A stretch of 64,000 nucleotides of DNA. Source: a plasmid. The position numbers and the translations under genes were made by a program. The notes under the pieces were generated by a model. It searched no databases, was not told the DNA's origin, and worked only from the letters and a program-made list of their open reading frames with translations. Of this stretch, positions 35,443 through 43,609 are shown one piece after another. The stretch's first letter is position 1. Each line of letters opens with the position of its first letter. The stretch is taken from NCBI RefSeq assembly GCF_054482525.1, contig NZ_JBTHVG010000004.1, one strand, 5' to 3'.

Positions 35443-37977
35443 TCATCGGCCGGGGCTGTGGGAGAGATCCTGATGCAGAGTTTTTTCCTGCCTGTCCTCC
35501 GGCTTTTGGCTGTTGGACCACTGCTGCCATGACTGCTCGAAGCCCAGGTTCCGGTACAACGCATCAGGTTGTTTTTCCGGCGTGTAGACAGCAGCAAAAA
35601 GCGGTTCTTCCCGGGTTTTCAGATGAAACTGCATAAGCTCCGGTGCAGGGCGATTCGTGCTGTCAGCATCGTGGTTTACCGCTTCACCATAACCTGCAAA
35701 GCGTAAACCTTTGTCGGTCAGCGCATTGATAACCAGCTGACTGTTGTCGGCTGATGGGGTGGCCAGTGCCGGATACAATGTGCCGTTCAGCCGGACCACA
35801 CCCTGCAGATGTTCATCGGCACTCTGGACAAGTAGCAGGTTGAGTTCACGCGTATCCTTATCCACTGATCCCAGAACAGGTGTCAGCTTGTCAGGGGCTG
35901 CGCTGGTTATTTCTGTTACCTGATTTGCGTTCTGTGGCGCGGAGACCGGATGTCGGTCTTCACCGATAAACAGATGTGAGCCGACGTTTTCTGGCATACG
36001 TAACGCTTTCATCTCTTCGGGCCACCCCTGGCTGATTTGCGCAGCCACTTTCATAAAGGTTTCGACCGGAATCGCCTGAATACGCTGACCTTTATCCGGA
36101 TTATCATGTGATACCGAGATCCCGTTGGTAACTGACTCCATGGACCACTTATTCCGGAAACGTGCTTTTTGCTCTCCCGGGAGGATGAATTGTTCGCGGT
36201 TCTGAAGTGTCAGTGTCACCACGTCACCTTTCTGATGGTTTTTGACCAGACTTTCCAGTTGTTCCCCCCAGTAGAGTTTGCTGCCACTGCGGTTTTTAAG
36301 CTCAACAAAGAAACTCTCTCCTTTGCCGGGTGCATATTCAGCACGACCAAAATTGTGCAGTACGGCAGTCACGCTCTCTCCCGGGCGAAGTTTTCCTGGT
36401 GGTTCTTCACCTTGTGCCGCATCTGCCGTTTTGCCAGGTTCAGCCGGTGATGATGCAGGGACGGTGCTGACGGTTGATGCTTCAGGGGCTACTGGGGACG
36501 CCGGGGATTGTGTGGCTTCTTTTTCCTGAACAGGGTCTGGGACTGCTGGTTGTTCAGGGGTATTCCGGTTAAGTTCCGGTGTTGGCTTATGGGTGACAAC
36601 AGTATCCTTACCGACAGCCATTTCCTTGCGTAATTTTTCGAGCGCCGCTCGCTGATCCGGGAATTTCATGCGCACTTTGATGTTGTGCTCGATGATCAAC
36701 TGCATCGCTTTTTGCTTAAAGGCATCACTGCCCGTCAGCTCAATGACACCACCATAAAAATCAGTGGCCACAGCAAGTGCAGCCAGAACACTGCGATCGT
36801 CATTGCTGGCACCGTTGACCATTTCCAGCCGGTTTACCCGGTCAATGAAGGCAGGTTTGCCATCCAGTTTGTACAGGACGGTTCTGTCTGCTCGTTCTTC
36901 ACCTTCCAGCGATTTAATGATTTCGTCCAGATTGAGCGATATCGGTGCATCAGGGCGTTCCGGGGCGTAGACAATACTGTCAGGTGCCGGTGTGGTCGTC
37001 GTGGTTTCCGGTGAGGGTGTGGGATCACTGTTCTCATGCGCCTGGGAATCCGTTTTTTTACGCGTAAAAAAGCCACGCGCTTTGTCGAGAAACGATGAAG
37101 TATTATCAGAAGATGATGTGCTCTGAACAGGTTGCTGTGGAGTGGGGTCATCCCGGACAGCCGGTTCTACTGTATCTGTTGTGGCCTGAAGTTCTGACTC
37201 ATCAGCCTGAACGTGGCCTGTGTCCGGTTGCGACGGCATATCACTGTTTTCCTGCAGATGCTCAGGATTTTCATTGTTCATCAGCTCCTGATATGTGCTG
37301 TAGTTTTCGTATTCTTCGGGGCCATCTGACTCAGGAAGGAACGGCTCTGGCTGAAGGGGAATGTCTTCAGTTACATGGTTGACCGCCTCTTCCCGGGGAG
37401 TATCCGGGGATATTCCGGTGCTTTGTTTGTCATCAGGCTCCGTCATCACGGTCATTTCCTCTTTGACTGCATCAGGGGAAGGTGATGGCTCGGCTGATTC
37501 ATTCATGGTTTCAGATGAGGGACTGTCTTCAGGGGATGCGGTGGTGGCAGCAGGGGCCGGTATTTCAGGTGAAGTGCCGGATTCCTGTTGTGACTCGTTT
37601 TTTTCCGGTTGTGACAGTTCAGCTTCAAATTCACGCCAGTCTTTATCTGTGGCCACCGAGACAACTTTTTCCGGAGGTTCCGCCGGATGAGCGGGTTCAT
37701 CAGGGGCAGACGCCGTTGTACTTTCCGGGGACGCCAGTGATTCTGCAGGGGAGTCCTGAACTACAGAGCTTTCCGTTTGCGCCTGAACGTTATCAGCGTG
37801 CCGCTCATCTTTGCCGTTATTTTCAGTGGCGTGACTGGTAAATGACTGTGTTTCATCAGCAATGTTACTGCTGGAAGCAGCTGGTTGTTCCTGCTGCGTG
37901 GCGGACGGCAGAGAAGGTCCCTGGTCATGGCTGTGCCCTGTATCGGGTGATGTTTCAGGATATTCTGTCGGAGTCAT
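35443..37977 (-). CDS. sogS: SogS, in-frame internal-start product (predicted 844 aa)
   Basis: An internal ATG at 37977 is preceded by GAGGA 7 nt upstream. Nested sogL/sogS products are established for IncI1. The exact start here is my inference. Confidence 0.55.
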   Translation of the reverse strand: MTPTEYPETSPDTGHSHDQGPSLPSATQQEQPAASSSNIADETQSFTSHATENNGKDERHADNVQAQTESSVVQDSPAESLASPESTTASAPDEPAHPAEPPEKVVSVATDKDWREFEAELSQPEKNESQQESGTSPEIPAPAATTASPEDSPSSETMNESAEPSPSPDAVKEEMTVMTEPDDKQSTGISPDTPREEAVNHVTEDIPLQPEPFLPESDGPEEYENYSTYQELMNNENPEHLQENSDMPSQPDTGHVQADESELQATTDTVEPAVRDDPTPQQPVQSTSSSDNTSSFLDKARGFFTRKKTDSQAHENSDPTPSPETTTTTPAPDSIVYAPERPDAPISLNLDEIIKSLEGEERADRTVLYKLDGKPAFIDRVNRLEMVNGASNDDRSVLAALAVATDFYGGVIELTGSDAFKQKAMQLIIEHNIKVRMKFPDQRAALEKLRKEMAVGKDTVVTHKPTPELNRNTPEQPAVPDPVQEKEATQSPASPVAPEASTVSTVPASSPAEPGKTADAAQGEEPPGKLRPGESVTAVLHNFGRAEYAPGKGESFFVELKNRSGSKLYWGEQLESLVKNHQKGDVVTLTLQNREQFILPGEQKARFRNKWSMESVTNGISVSHDNPDKGQRIQAIPVETFMKVAAQISQGWPEEMKALRMPENVGSHLFIGEDRHPVSAPQNANQVTEITSAAPDKLTPVLGSVDKDTRELNLLLVQSADEHLQGVVRLNGTLYPALATPSADNSQLVINALTDKGLRFAGYGEAVNHDADSTNRPAPELMQFHLKTREEPLFAAVYTPEKQPDALYRNLGFEQSWQQWSNSQKPEDRQEKTLHQDLSHSPGR

Positions 37978-39210
37978 GGTTTTTTCCTCAGTGTGGACCG
38001 GTGTAAAAACGAGGTTGCCTATCACCAGTGCCTCGCGCATTTCCGGGGTGTTACTGTTGGGGGTGGAAACCCCGATGTGTTCTAACTGGGCGTTGATGAC
38101 ATGCTGAAAAGCGGCCCGTCCCCGGCTTGCGTCCAGGTCATTGAAATCGGTCAGCCCCTGCGCTTTTTCGGCATCGGTGAACGCAGGAAAGATGACCGAT
38201 CCTCCTGTCAGTTCTGCGGCTTTTGTTGCACTGACGATACCTTTGTTAACCCGGATTGCATGATCGTTGTCGGCACAGAAGATAAAGGGGCTTTGCGTCC
38301 ACTTTTGCCGGGCATTTTCGGCAACGGCAATCATGTTGCCTCCATCCACCGTCATCAGTACCGGAAGGCCCGTGGCTTCGTGCAGGGAGGCCGCAGTGGC
38401 ATAGCCCTCGGCAAACAGTACCGGCTGACCGTTGCGCGGTGTGCCCAGCGCAAACCAGTTACCGGTTTTCTCCGAATCTATCAGGATGCGGGCATCTTTC
38501 CCCCCGGTGACCGGAATACGCTGGTAAGAGCGTATCGCGCCGTTACGGTTACTGAAGGGAATAACCAGTTCATTTTTGTTGTTTACCCGCACCCCCGGTG
38601 CAGCCTGAATGCCTTTCCGGGTCAGGTATTCATGTGCTGTGGCCTGCGGCCATTTGTTGATATAGCGGCGGGCATACGCGGCCTGTCGGTTGTACTGTGC
38701 TTTCAGTTCCCGCTCCGCGTCCTCCCTGCGTTGCATTGAATGCGCTTTCAGGTGGAGTCTTGCGCGGGGATCTGTCTGTTCTCCGCCGGAGAAGGTCCAG
38801 GTGATCGGCGAATTATCCGCGCTGCGATAATCCCTGTACCAGCCGGCAGGTCTGCCGTCCAGGAATCCGCGATATGCGCCACTTTTTTGTCCTTTTTTGT
38901 CATCGGCGGTCGGGACACGGTGGATTTTCCCGTCCATGACCGGCAGTTCTTTCAGAACCAGTCCGGCATTCTCCAGAACCTGGGCAAACTCGGTGACCGG
39001 ATCACTGCCGTTCATGGAGACGTCCTGTGGCCGGGGCAGCCAGCGGTCCAGCCTGGACAGGTCCGCCCCCGGGCGGGCGAACCAGAGTTTGTGCTCCTTG
39101 TCCCAGATGACGGGCGTGTGCCCGTTCATCGGGGGATGTGCTTTTTTGAGATCTTCTATTTCATCTGCAGGCACGGCAAGCCAGGTGCGGTAGCGGGATA
39201 CAGACGGCAT
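35443..39210 (-). CDS. sogL: SogL DNA primase (transferred to the recipient)
   Basis: The Met at 39210 gives 1255 aa. It has the EGYATA primase motif (FAEGYATAASL). Length matches ColIb-P9/R64 Sog. Confidence 0.9.
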   Translation of the reverse strand: MPSVSRYRTWLAVPADEIEDLKKAHPPMNGHTPVIWDKEHKLWFARPGADLSRLDRWLPRPQDVSMNGSDPVTEFAQVLENAGLVLKELPVMDGKIHRVPTADDKKGQKSGAYRGFLDGRPAGWYRDYRSADNSPITWTFSGGEQTDPRARLHLKAHSMQRREDAERELKAQYNRQAAYARRYINKWPQATAHEYLTRKGIQAAPGVRVNNKNELVIPFSNRNGAIRSYQRIPVTGGKDARILIDSEKTGNWFALGTPRNGQPVLFAEGYATAASLHEATGLPVLMTVDGGNMIAVAENARQKWTQSPFIFCADNDHAIRVNKGIVSATKAAELTGGSVIFPAFTDAEKAQGLTDFNDLDASRGRAAFQHVINAQLEHIGVSTPNSNTPEMREALVIGNLVFTPVHTEEKTMTPTEYPETSPDTGHSHDQGPSLPSATQQEQPAASSSNIADETQSFTSHATENNGKDERHADNVQAQTESSVVQDSPAESLASPESTTASAPDEPAHPAEPPEKVVSVATDKDWREFEAELSQPEKNESQQESGTSPEIPAPAATTASPEDSPSSETMNESAEPSPSPDAVKEEMTVMTEPDDKQSTGISPDTPREEAVNHVTEDIPLQPEPFLPESDGPEEYENYSTYQELMNNENPEHLQENSDMPSQPDTGHVQADESELQATTDTVEPAVRDDPTPQQPVQSTSSSDNTSSFLDKARGFFTRKKTDSQAHENSDPTPSPETTTTTPAPDSIVYAPERPDAPISLNLDEIIKSLEGEERADRTVLYKLDGKPAFIDRVNRLEMVNGASNDDRSVLAALAVATDFYGGVIELTGSDAFKQKAMQLIIEHNIKVRMKFPDQRAALEKLRKEMAVGKDTVVTHKPTPELNRNTPEQPAVPDPVQEKEATQSPASPVAPEASTVSTVPASSPAEPGKTADAAQGEEPPGKLRPGESVTAVLHNFGRAEYAPGKGESFFVELKNRSGSKLYWGEQLESLVKNHQKGDVVTLTLQNREQFILPGEQKARFRNKWSMESVTNGISVSHDNPDKGQRIQAIPVETFMKVAAQISQGWPEEMKALRMPENVGSHLFIGEDRHPVSAPQNANQVTEITSAAPDKLTPVLGSVDKDTRELNLLLVQSADEHLQGVVRLNGTLYPALATPSADNSQLVINALTDKGLRFAGYGEAVNHDADSTNRPAPELMQFHLKTREEPLFAAVYTPEKQPDALYRNLGFEQSWQQWSNSQKPEDRQEKTLHQDLSHSPGR

Positions 39211-39299
39211 GAGTGCTTCTCCTGAAAAAAGACGGAAAAAAACCACCGCCGGAAGCCGGGGGTGGCTGGGGGGATAGAAAATCGGGGGAGAAATGTTTG

Positions 39300-39851
39300 T
39301 CAGGGTCTCCAGTCTGTACCCTTATTCCAGCGATCCTGCCAGTGTTCAAGATATTGTGCGGCTACATCCGGCATATTCTTGAGCACAACGACATTCTCTG
39401 AATTCTTGCGTGCAGCAGCACGAGAGAAGTTATAGGAGCCAGTTTCAACCGTGTTTCCGTCAACAATGATGACTTTGTCGTGATGGATGGGGAAGGCATC
39501 TACAGTCCGGAGAGGAATGTCCAGCAGGTTGATATATTTCATCGCTTCCTGACTTGCCCGGTTCGTATTCCCCTTGTCATCAACAACAATACGGACGTCC
39601 ACTCCGCGTTTTTTCGCTTTTGCCAGCGCATGCATTACATCCGGGTCGGTGAAGGAATATGCCATCATCCTGATGGAGCTTTCCGCACTGTTGATTGTGT
39701 CAAGCACCAGAGCGGATGCGCTTCCTTCAGGAGAAAAGCCGACCTTCACGGATGGCGTGTCGATCATTGCAAACGATGGTGTCGTGAACAGTAACGGGCA
39801 TGCCAGTAGCGATACCCGGAGCAGAGTAACGATAGTTTTTTTACCTGACAT
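39300..39851 (-). CDS. nuc: Nuc, periplasmic phospholipase-D-family endonuclease
   Basis: 183 aa from the ATG at 39851. It has a signal peptide and the HxK(x)4D motif (HHDKVIIVD). Confidence 0.85.
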   Translation of the reverse strand: MSGKKTIVTLLRVSLLACPLLFTTPSFAMIDTPSVKVGFSPEGSASALVLDTINSAESSIRMMAYSFTDPDVMHALAKAKKRGVDVRIVVDDKGNTNRASQEAMKYINLLDIPLRTVDAFPIHHDKVIIVDGNTVETGSYNFSRAAARKNSENVVVLKNMPDVAAQYLEHWQDRWNKGTDWRP

Positions 39852-39865
39852 AAAGACTCCAGAAT

Positions 39866-40156
39866 TTAATCGAGGCCAGTCCAGTCTCGTGGTGATTCCG
39901 TATGGTGGCGATACCACCATGGACGACCGGAGGCGATGGCCCCTCTCAGAATGCTGAAAATGCGAGTACAGATCGTCCTGACAGTCCAGCCTGAACGGTC
40001 GAGAATGACGAAAAATAAAATGATGCCGGTGCAAATCCAGAAGGTTGTTTTGGAGGGAAAGGGGCATATAAACAGATAAATCATGGTGAACGGCAGAGGT
40101 ACGCCCTGGATGTTGACTGGCGGTGTTGCATATCGCCAGAAACCTTCTCTTTTCAT
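39866..40156 (-). CDS. traK: TraK (IcmT-like small membrane protein)
   Basis: 96 aa with two transmembrane segments. Its start overlaps the traJ stop by 4 nt. It resembles IcmT as I recall it (FFVILDRSGWTV...). Confidence 0.7.
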   Translation of the reverse strand: MKREGFWRYATPPVNIQGVPLPFTMIYLFICPFPSKTTFWICTGIILFFVILDRSGWTVRTICTRIFSILRGAIASGRPWWYRHHTESPRDWTGLD

Positions 40157-41301
40157 GACCGTAACTCCCCTGGCGGGATAAAAAGAATCGCTTCTCTTCG
40201 GTCAACTTCATTCCGGATATACATTTCCAGAATCTGGTCCCGGATACGGCGCTTCTCCTGCCGGATTATGGCATCAATGTGATGCCCCCACTCTGCATGC
40301 GGCATTCCGGAAAGATTGTCGCGAAGCTCATCGTTAATGACGATATATTCCCGGACGGCTTTACGACCACCGTCATTTGTTCTGACCAGAACCTGAACCA
40401 GAATGAACTGCAACAGTGACAGGACAGCCCAGGCCATCGAATCCCTGATGACAGGGGGAAACAGCCCAAGAAGACGTGCCAGCGTTTCACCAGGAGATTT
40501 CGTATGCATGGTGCTCAGGCAGTAATGCCCGGTGTTGCCTGCCTGTACCGCTGCGTCGGCGGTTTCGTTATCCCTGATCTCACCAACACCGATAATTTCG
40601 GGATTACGTCGTACAGCAGAACGCAGTCCGGCAGCAAAACTGACCACATCACGCCCGATTTCTGCCTGATGCGGTGGGAGCAGATCGTTTTCATTTCCCA
40701 GGATATATTCCACCGGGTCTTCATATGTCACGATTTTGGCGTCGGGGAAATTGTCCATAATGTAACGGTACAGTGCTGAACACAGCGTTGATTTTCCTGA
40801 CCCGGTTTCACCACATACAAATCCCAGACCGCTTTTGCAGACCATTGCTTCAAGCAGGTCTGGTTCAATGTTCATGGAGAGAATGTCCGGTATTTCTGTC
40901 GGGATGACACGCATGGTTATTGAGACTGCTTTCTCCTCTGCACCAGATGTGCCCTGAATGAGGTGAGAGCGTAACCGGATGCGTTCTCCGCGTTTAAGAC
41001 CATAGCGACCGGATGCATCCCCGTTAATCTGTATCGTCCTGTCAACCGGATTGCCTGCCAGAACGCGGGGAACGACTTCCCGACCGAACAGTTCATCAAT
41101 CAGGGAGGACATGAGTGTGGTTGGTAACGTTGCACTGGAACAACGCACCCGTCGGCCAAAGCGACTGACAGATACAGGTGACCCACCGGTCAGATCCACA
41201 TCACTGACTTTATGTGCGGCACACCAGACAAAGAAATGCCGTAATTCATCTGCAGTGAAACGCTGAAACGGAAAAAGACCAAACTCATCAGGAATATTCA
41301 T
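40153..41301 (-). CDS. traJ: TraJ ATPase (DotB / PilT-like)
   Basis: 382 aa with the Walker A motif GETGSGKST. Confidence 0.9.
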   Translation of the reverse strand: MNIPDEFGLFPFQRFTADELRHFFVWCAAHKVSDVDLTGGSPVSVSRFGRRVRCSSATLPTTLMSSLIDELFGREVVPRVLAGNPVDRTIQINGDASGRYGLKRGERIRLRSHLIQGTSGAEEKAVSITMRVIPTEIPDILSMNIEPDLLEAMVCKSGLGFVCGETGSGKSTLCSALYRYIMDNFPDAKIVTYEDPVEYILGNENDLLPPHQAEIGRDVVSFAAGLRSAVRRNPEIIGVGEIRDNETADAAVQAGNTGHYCLSTMHTKSPGETLARLLGLFPPVIRDSMAWAVLSLLQFILVQVLVRTNDGGRKAVREYIVINDELRDNLSGMPHAEWGHHIDAIIRQEKRRIRDQILEMYIRNEVDRREAILFIPPGELRS

Positions 41302-42116
41302 CGGGAGCCTCCTTCAGTGCCTATAAGCGGACGCCAGTGAGATTTCTGAAGATTGAATTCCGCATGATTTTTAAGGCGACGAACACGATCTCCAGTGACC
41401 AGTTTTTTCCCGTCACCTGTAACGGTTTGCATTTGATCAGAAACATCCGGACGGGTGATCATGCCCTGACGCCAGAGAAGTGAGTACAGCATCATGCCCC
41501 GGTAATCACGGGTGAGGGTTTTCTGGTTGGCTTCAAGCGTCAGGTCGGCGTTTTGTCTTCCTTCCTGCCATCCCTGCCGTAATGCGGTTTCCCACACTTT
41601 TCGTTGCACGCTGTCTTCTGGAACGACGCTGCCTTCTGTACCCGGAGTGGCTGTTGTTGAAAGCCCCCGGAGAAGCCAGTCACGCCAGCCCGGTGGATTG
41701 CTGACAAAGCGTTCAGGGCGAATGATGGTCCAGACCCGGGAAGAGGTCCGGATTTGATCTGGCGTGATATGAGCTACGTCCTGTGCTTCATCAATAACCG
41801 GTGGTAGCCAGCCTTCCGGGCTAATCAGTGGCCGGAAATCGTATAAGGCATTAAGTGTGCTTTCCCGGGCGTTGAGTGCCTGAATCAGCTCCCATGAACG
41901 CTGAGCCTTGCCACCACGAAATCCAAGCGTTTTACCTGCGTCGGTCAGCATTTTCCAGCGTGTTTCTGACAGACTATCCGGCTTTTCACTTCGTGGTTTA
42001 AGCCATGCATTAATGTCAGGTGGTGGCGTATTGACACCACCTGGCGAGATGGTAGGGGAAGAAGAACAACCAGTAAGCAGTATTACTGGCAAAATGAGAG
42101 AGGTGAGTGCTTTCAT
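41298..42116 (-). CDS. traI: TraI lipoprotein (DotC-like)
   Basis: 272 aa with the lipobox LLTGC. Confidence 0.85.
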   Translation of the reverse strand: MKALTSLILPVILLTGCSSSPTISPGGVNTPPPDINAWLKPRSEKPDSLSETRWKMLTDAGKTLGFRGGKAQRSWELIQALNARESTLNALYDFRPLISPEGWLPPVIDEAQDVAHITPDQIRTSSRVWTIIRPERFVSNPPGWRDWLLRGLSTTATPGTEGSVVPEDSVQRKVWETALRQGWQEGRQNADLTLEANQKTLTRDYRGMMLYSLLWRQGMITRPDVSDQMQTVTGDGKKLVTGDRVRRLKNHAEFNLQKSHWRPLIGTEGGSR

Positions 42117-42571
42117 TTTTTCCGGTTCTCCGGCTGCATGAAGCTGACCTGTAACAAGCCCGGATATTGATGGATTGTTGCTCTCCAGGCTGTCTGGGCT
42201 TCAATAAGTCTCAACGTATTGGAAAACGTCATATCCCGGACGTGAAGGTTGACTGGTAACGGCAGGCGGACACCATTGTAGTTAAACTGCATCCCCCTGA
42301 CTCTGGCCAGTTCGTTCAGTAATTCAATTGCATCACCTTCCCAGTCAAAGGAAAGGCGATCGCTGTTAGCTGTCAGAAGATGAGACCCCGTTGAAACCGG
42401 AAGTTGGCCGGAAAACACACCTTTGTCCCATAATGTGTACTGAGTGTGCCGGGTAACCGCCACATCAGAGGCAGCACCGTAGTTACGCGGAACAGGAGTA
42501 TGCTGAGAAGGGGAGTTGCAGCCAGCCAGAAAAAGGGCGGCAAGACACCCCGCAGGTATAATACGGTTCAT
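42113..42571 (-). CDS. traH: TraH lipoprotein (DotD-like)
   Basis: 152 aa with the lipobox FLAGC. It is the first gene of the long minus-strand operon. Confidence 0.85.
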   Translation of the reverse strand: MNRIIPAGCLAALFLAGCNSPSQHTPVPRNYGAASDVAVTRHTQYTLWDKGVFSGQLPVSTGSHLLTANSDRLSFDWEGDAIELLNELARVRGMQFNYNGVRLPLPVNLHVRDMTFSNTLRLIEAQTAWRATIHQYPGLLQVSFMQPENRKK

Positions 42572-42779
42572 AATAATTCCTGAGCAGTTAAATCAGAATG
42601 GGATATACCGGTGCTCCGGTACAGACAGGATGATGTTTGTTTCCGGCTATACTTGCGTTACCGGAAATAAATGCCAGTGTGGCCAGGTAAATAGCCTCAT
42701 AGTTTACTGAAGGTGATTATTCCTGATACTGGCTGGTTGATGTGTCGTCAGACATAAAACGAATATGAGCGTAATCTTT

Positions 42780-42904
42780 AACGCTCCGCGCCGAATCGAT
42801 CCATGATGGATGACTCGACGATTTATGAATCGAACGTACCGGCGCTTGTCCCTGAAACAGTTCCCGGCCCTCGTCCGGATGACCTGCAATTCAGACAGGC
42901 ACAT
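42780..42904 (-). promoter_or_regulatory. Conserved tra leader module, copy A (upstream of traH)
   Basis: One of three ~125-bp homologous elements (with 62171-62293 and 63233-63357). In minus-strand sense it begins ATGTGCCTGTCTGAATTGCAG and ends GGATCGATTCGGCGCGGAGCGTT. Confidence 0.7.
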
Positions 42905-42965
42905 GTGCCCGTACACTCTTGTATCTTACTGAGTATATCAGAATTTATGTAAATTCAAATATCCT

Positions 42966-43550
42966 CTATGCCTCTTTGTTGTATTTTCCGTCAAGTATGA
43001 GCCGGGTACCATCGTAATGCATGATCAGGGCATCAAGGTACGCCGGTTTGAATTTCTTGCCGAGCCTATCTCTGGCCAGAAATGATAAACAATGATTATG
43101 TGTCATTATTACTATGTTCCTTTTATGAGATTCTCTTGCGATTGATTCAAGCGTCTTATAAAGATCATTATTGCAGTCTGATAAACTGTCCATAACGACG
43201 GGGTCTTTACCGGAGAAGAATTTTGCAGTTTGTATGGTTCTTACCGCATTGCTGGAGTAAATATCATATTCACTGAAGATTGTTGCGAACTTAATACCTT
43301 CCTGCTGTGCTTTCTCTGTACCGGTAATAGTGATTCCGCTTTTATCCGAATAGCATGGCATATCTGAACGGTCGCAACGTTCTCCATGGCGGAAAAGGAA
43401 AATAACGGTGTTATCAGCATTAATTTCTTTTGCCTGTTCTAGGGTGATATCGGGAAGCGAGCTTTTTGCTTTTGTCACTGCAGCTACCAGGAAAACAGAA
43501 AATAAAAGAATGAATGCTGTCTTTGAATAAGAAGAACGTGGTTTCATCAT
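42966..43550 (-). CDS. traG: TraG, periplasmic histidine-phosphatase-family protein (Ais/PmrG-like)
   Basis: 194 aa with a signal peptide and the RHGE catalytic motif (FLFRHGERCDRS). It is collinear with E. coli Ais as I recall it (YSSN-VRTIQ, THNHCL, FKP-YLD). Confidence 0.75.
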   Translation of the reverse strand: MMKPRSSYSKTAFILLFSVFLVAAVTKAKSSLPDITLEQAKEINADNTVIFLFRHGERCDRSDMPCYSDKSGITITGTEKAQQEGIKFATIFSEYDIYSSNAVRTIQTAKFFSGKDPVVMDSLSDCNNDLYKTLESIARESHKRNIVIMTHNHCLSFLARDRLGKKFKPAYLDALIMHYDGTRLILDGKYNKEA

Positions 43551-43609
43551 GTTATTTAAAATGAATATAAAAATACCCCCGGGTTTAGTGCCGGGGGCGG
43601 GGACAGTAA

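Noticed and set aside
36500-37900. The apparent repetitiveness of the sog middle region as a DNA tandem repeat or mobile insertion.
   Set aside because: I found no exact DNA repeat units. It is compositionally biased coding sequence (acidic and Pro/Ser/Thr-rich) in the continuous sogL frame.
39852-40211. The N-terminal extension of the nuc ORF to 303 aa (track ORF 39300-40211).
   Set aside because: The extension overlaps traK (39866-40156, in another frame) and the end of traJ. Nuc, with a signal peptide and an appropriate size, starts at 39851.
42704-42916. The small ORF across tra leader copy A, and its counterpart at 63202-63426 across copy C. They share the peptide RRGAL.
   Set aside because: The shared peptide comes only from the repeat's conserved 3' end. 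Elsewhere the copies differ by indels and frame. In copy B the same sequence is read as the artefactual TTG-extended N-terminus of TraB. The conservation is at the nucleotide level.
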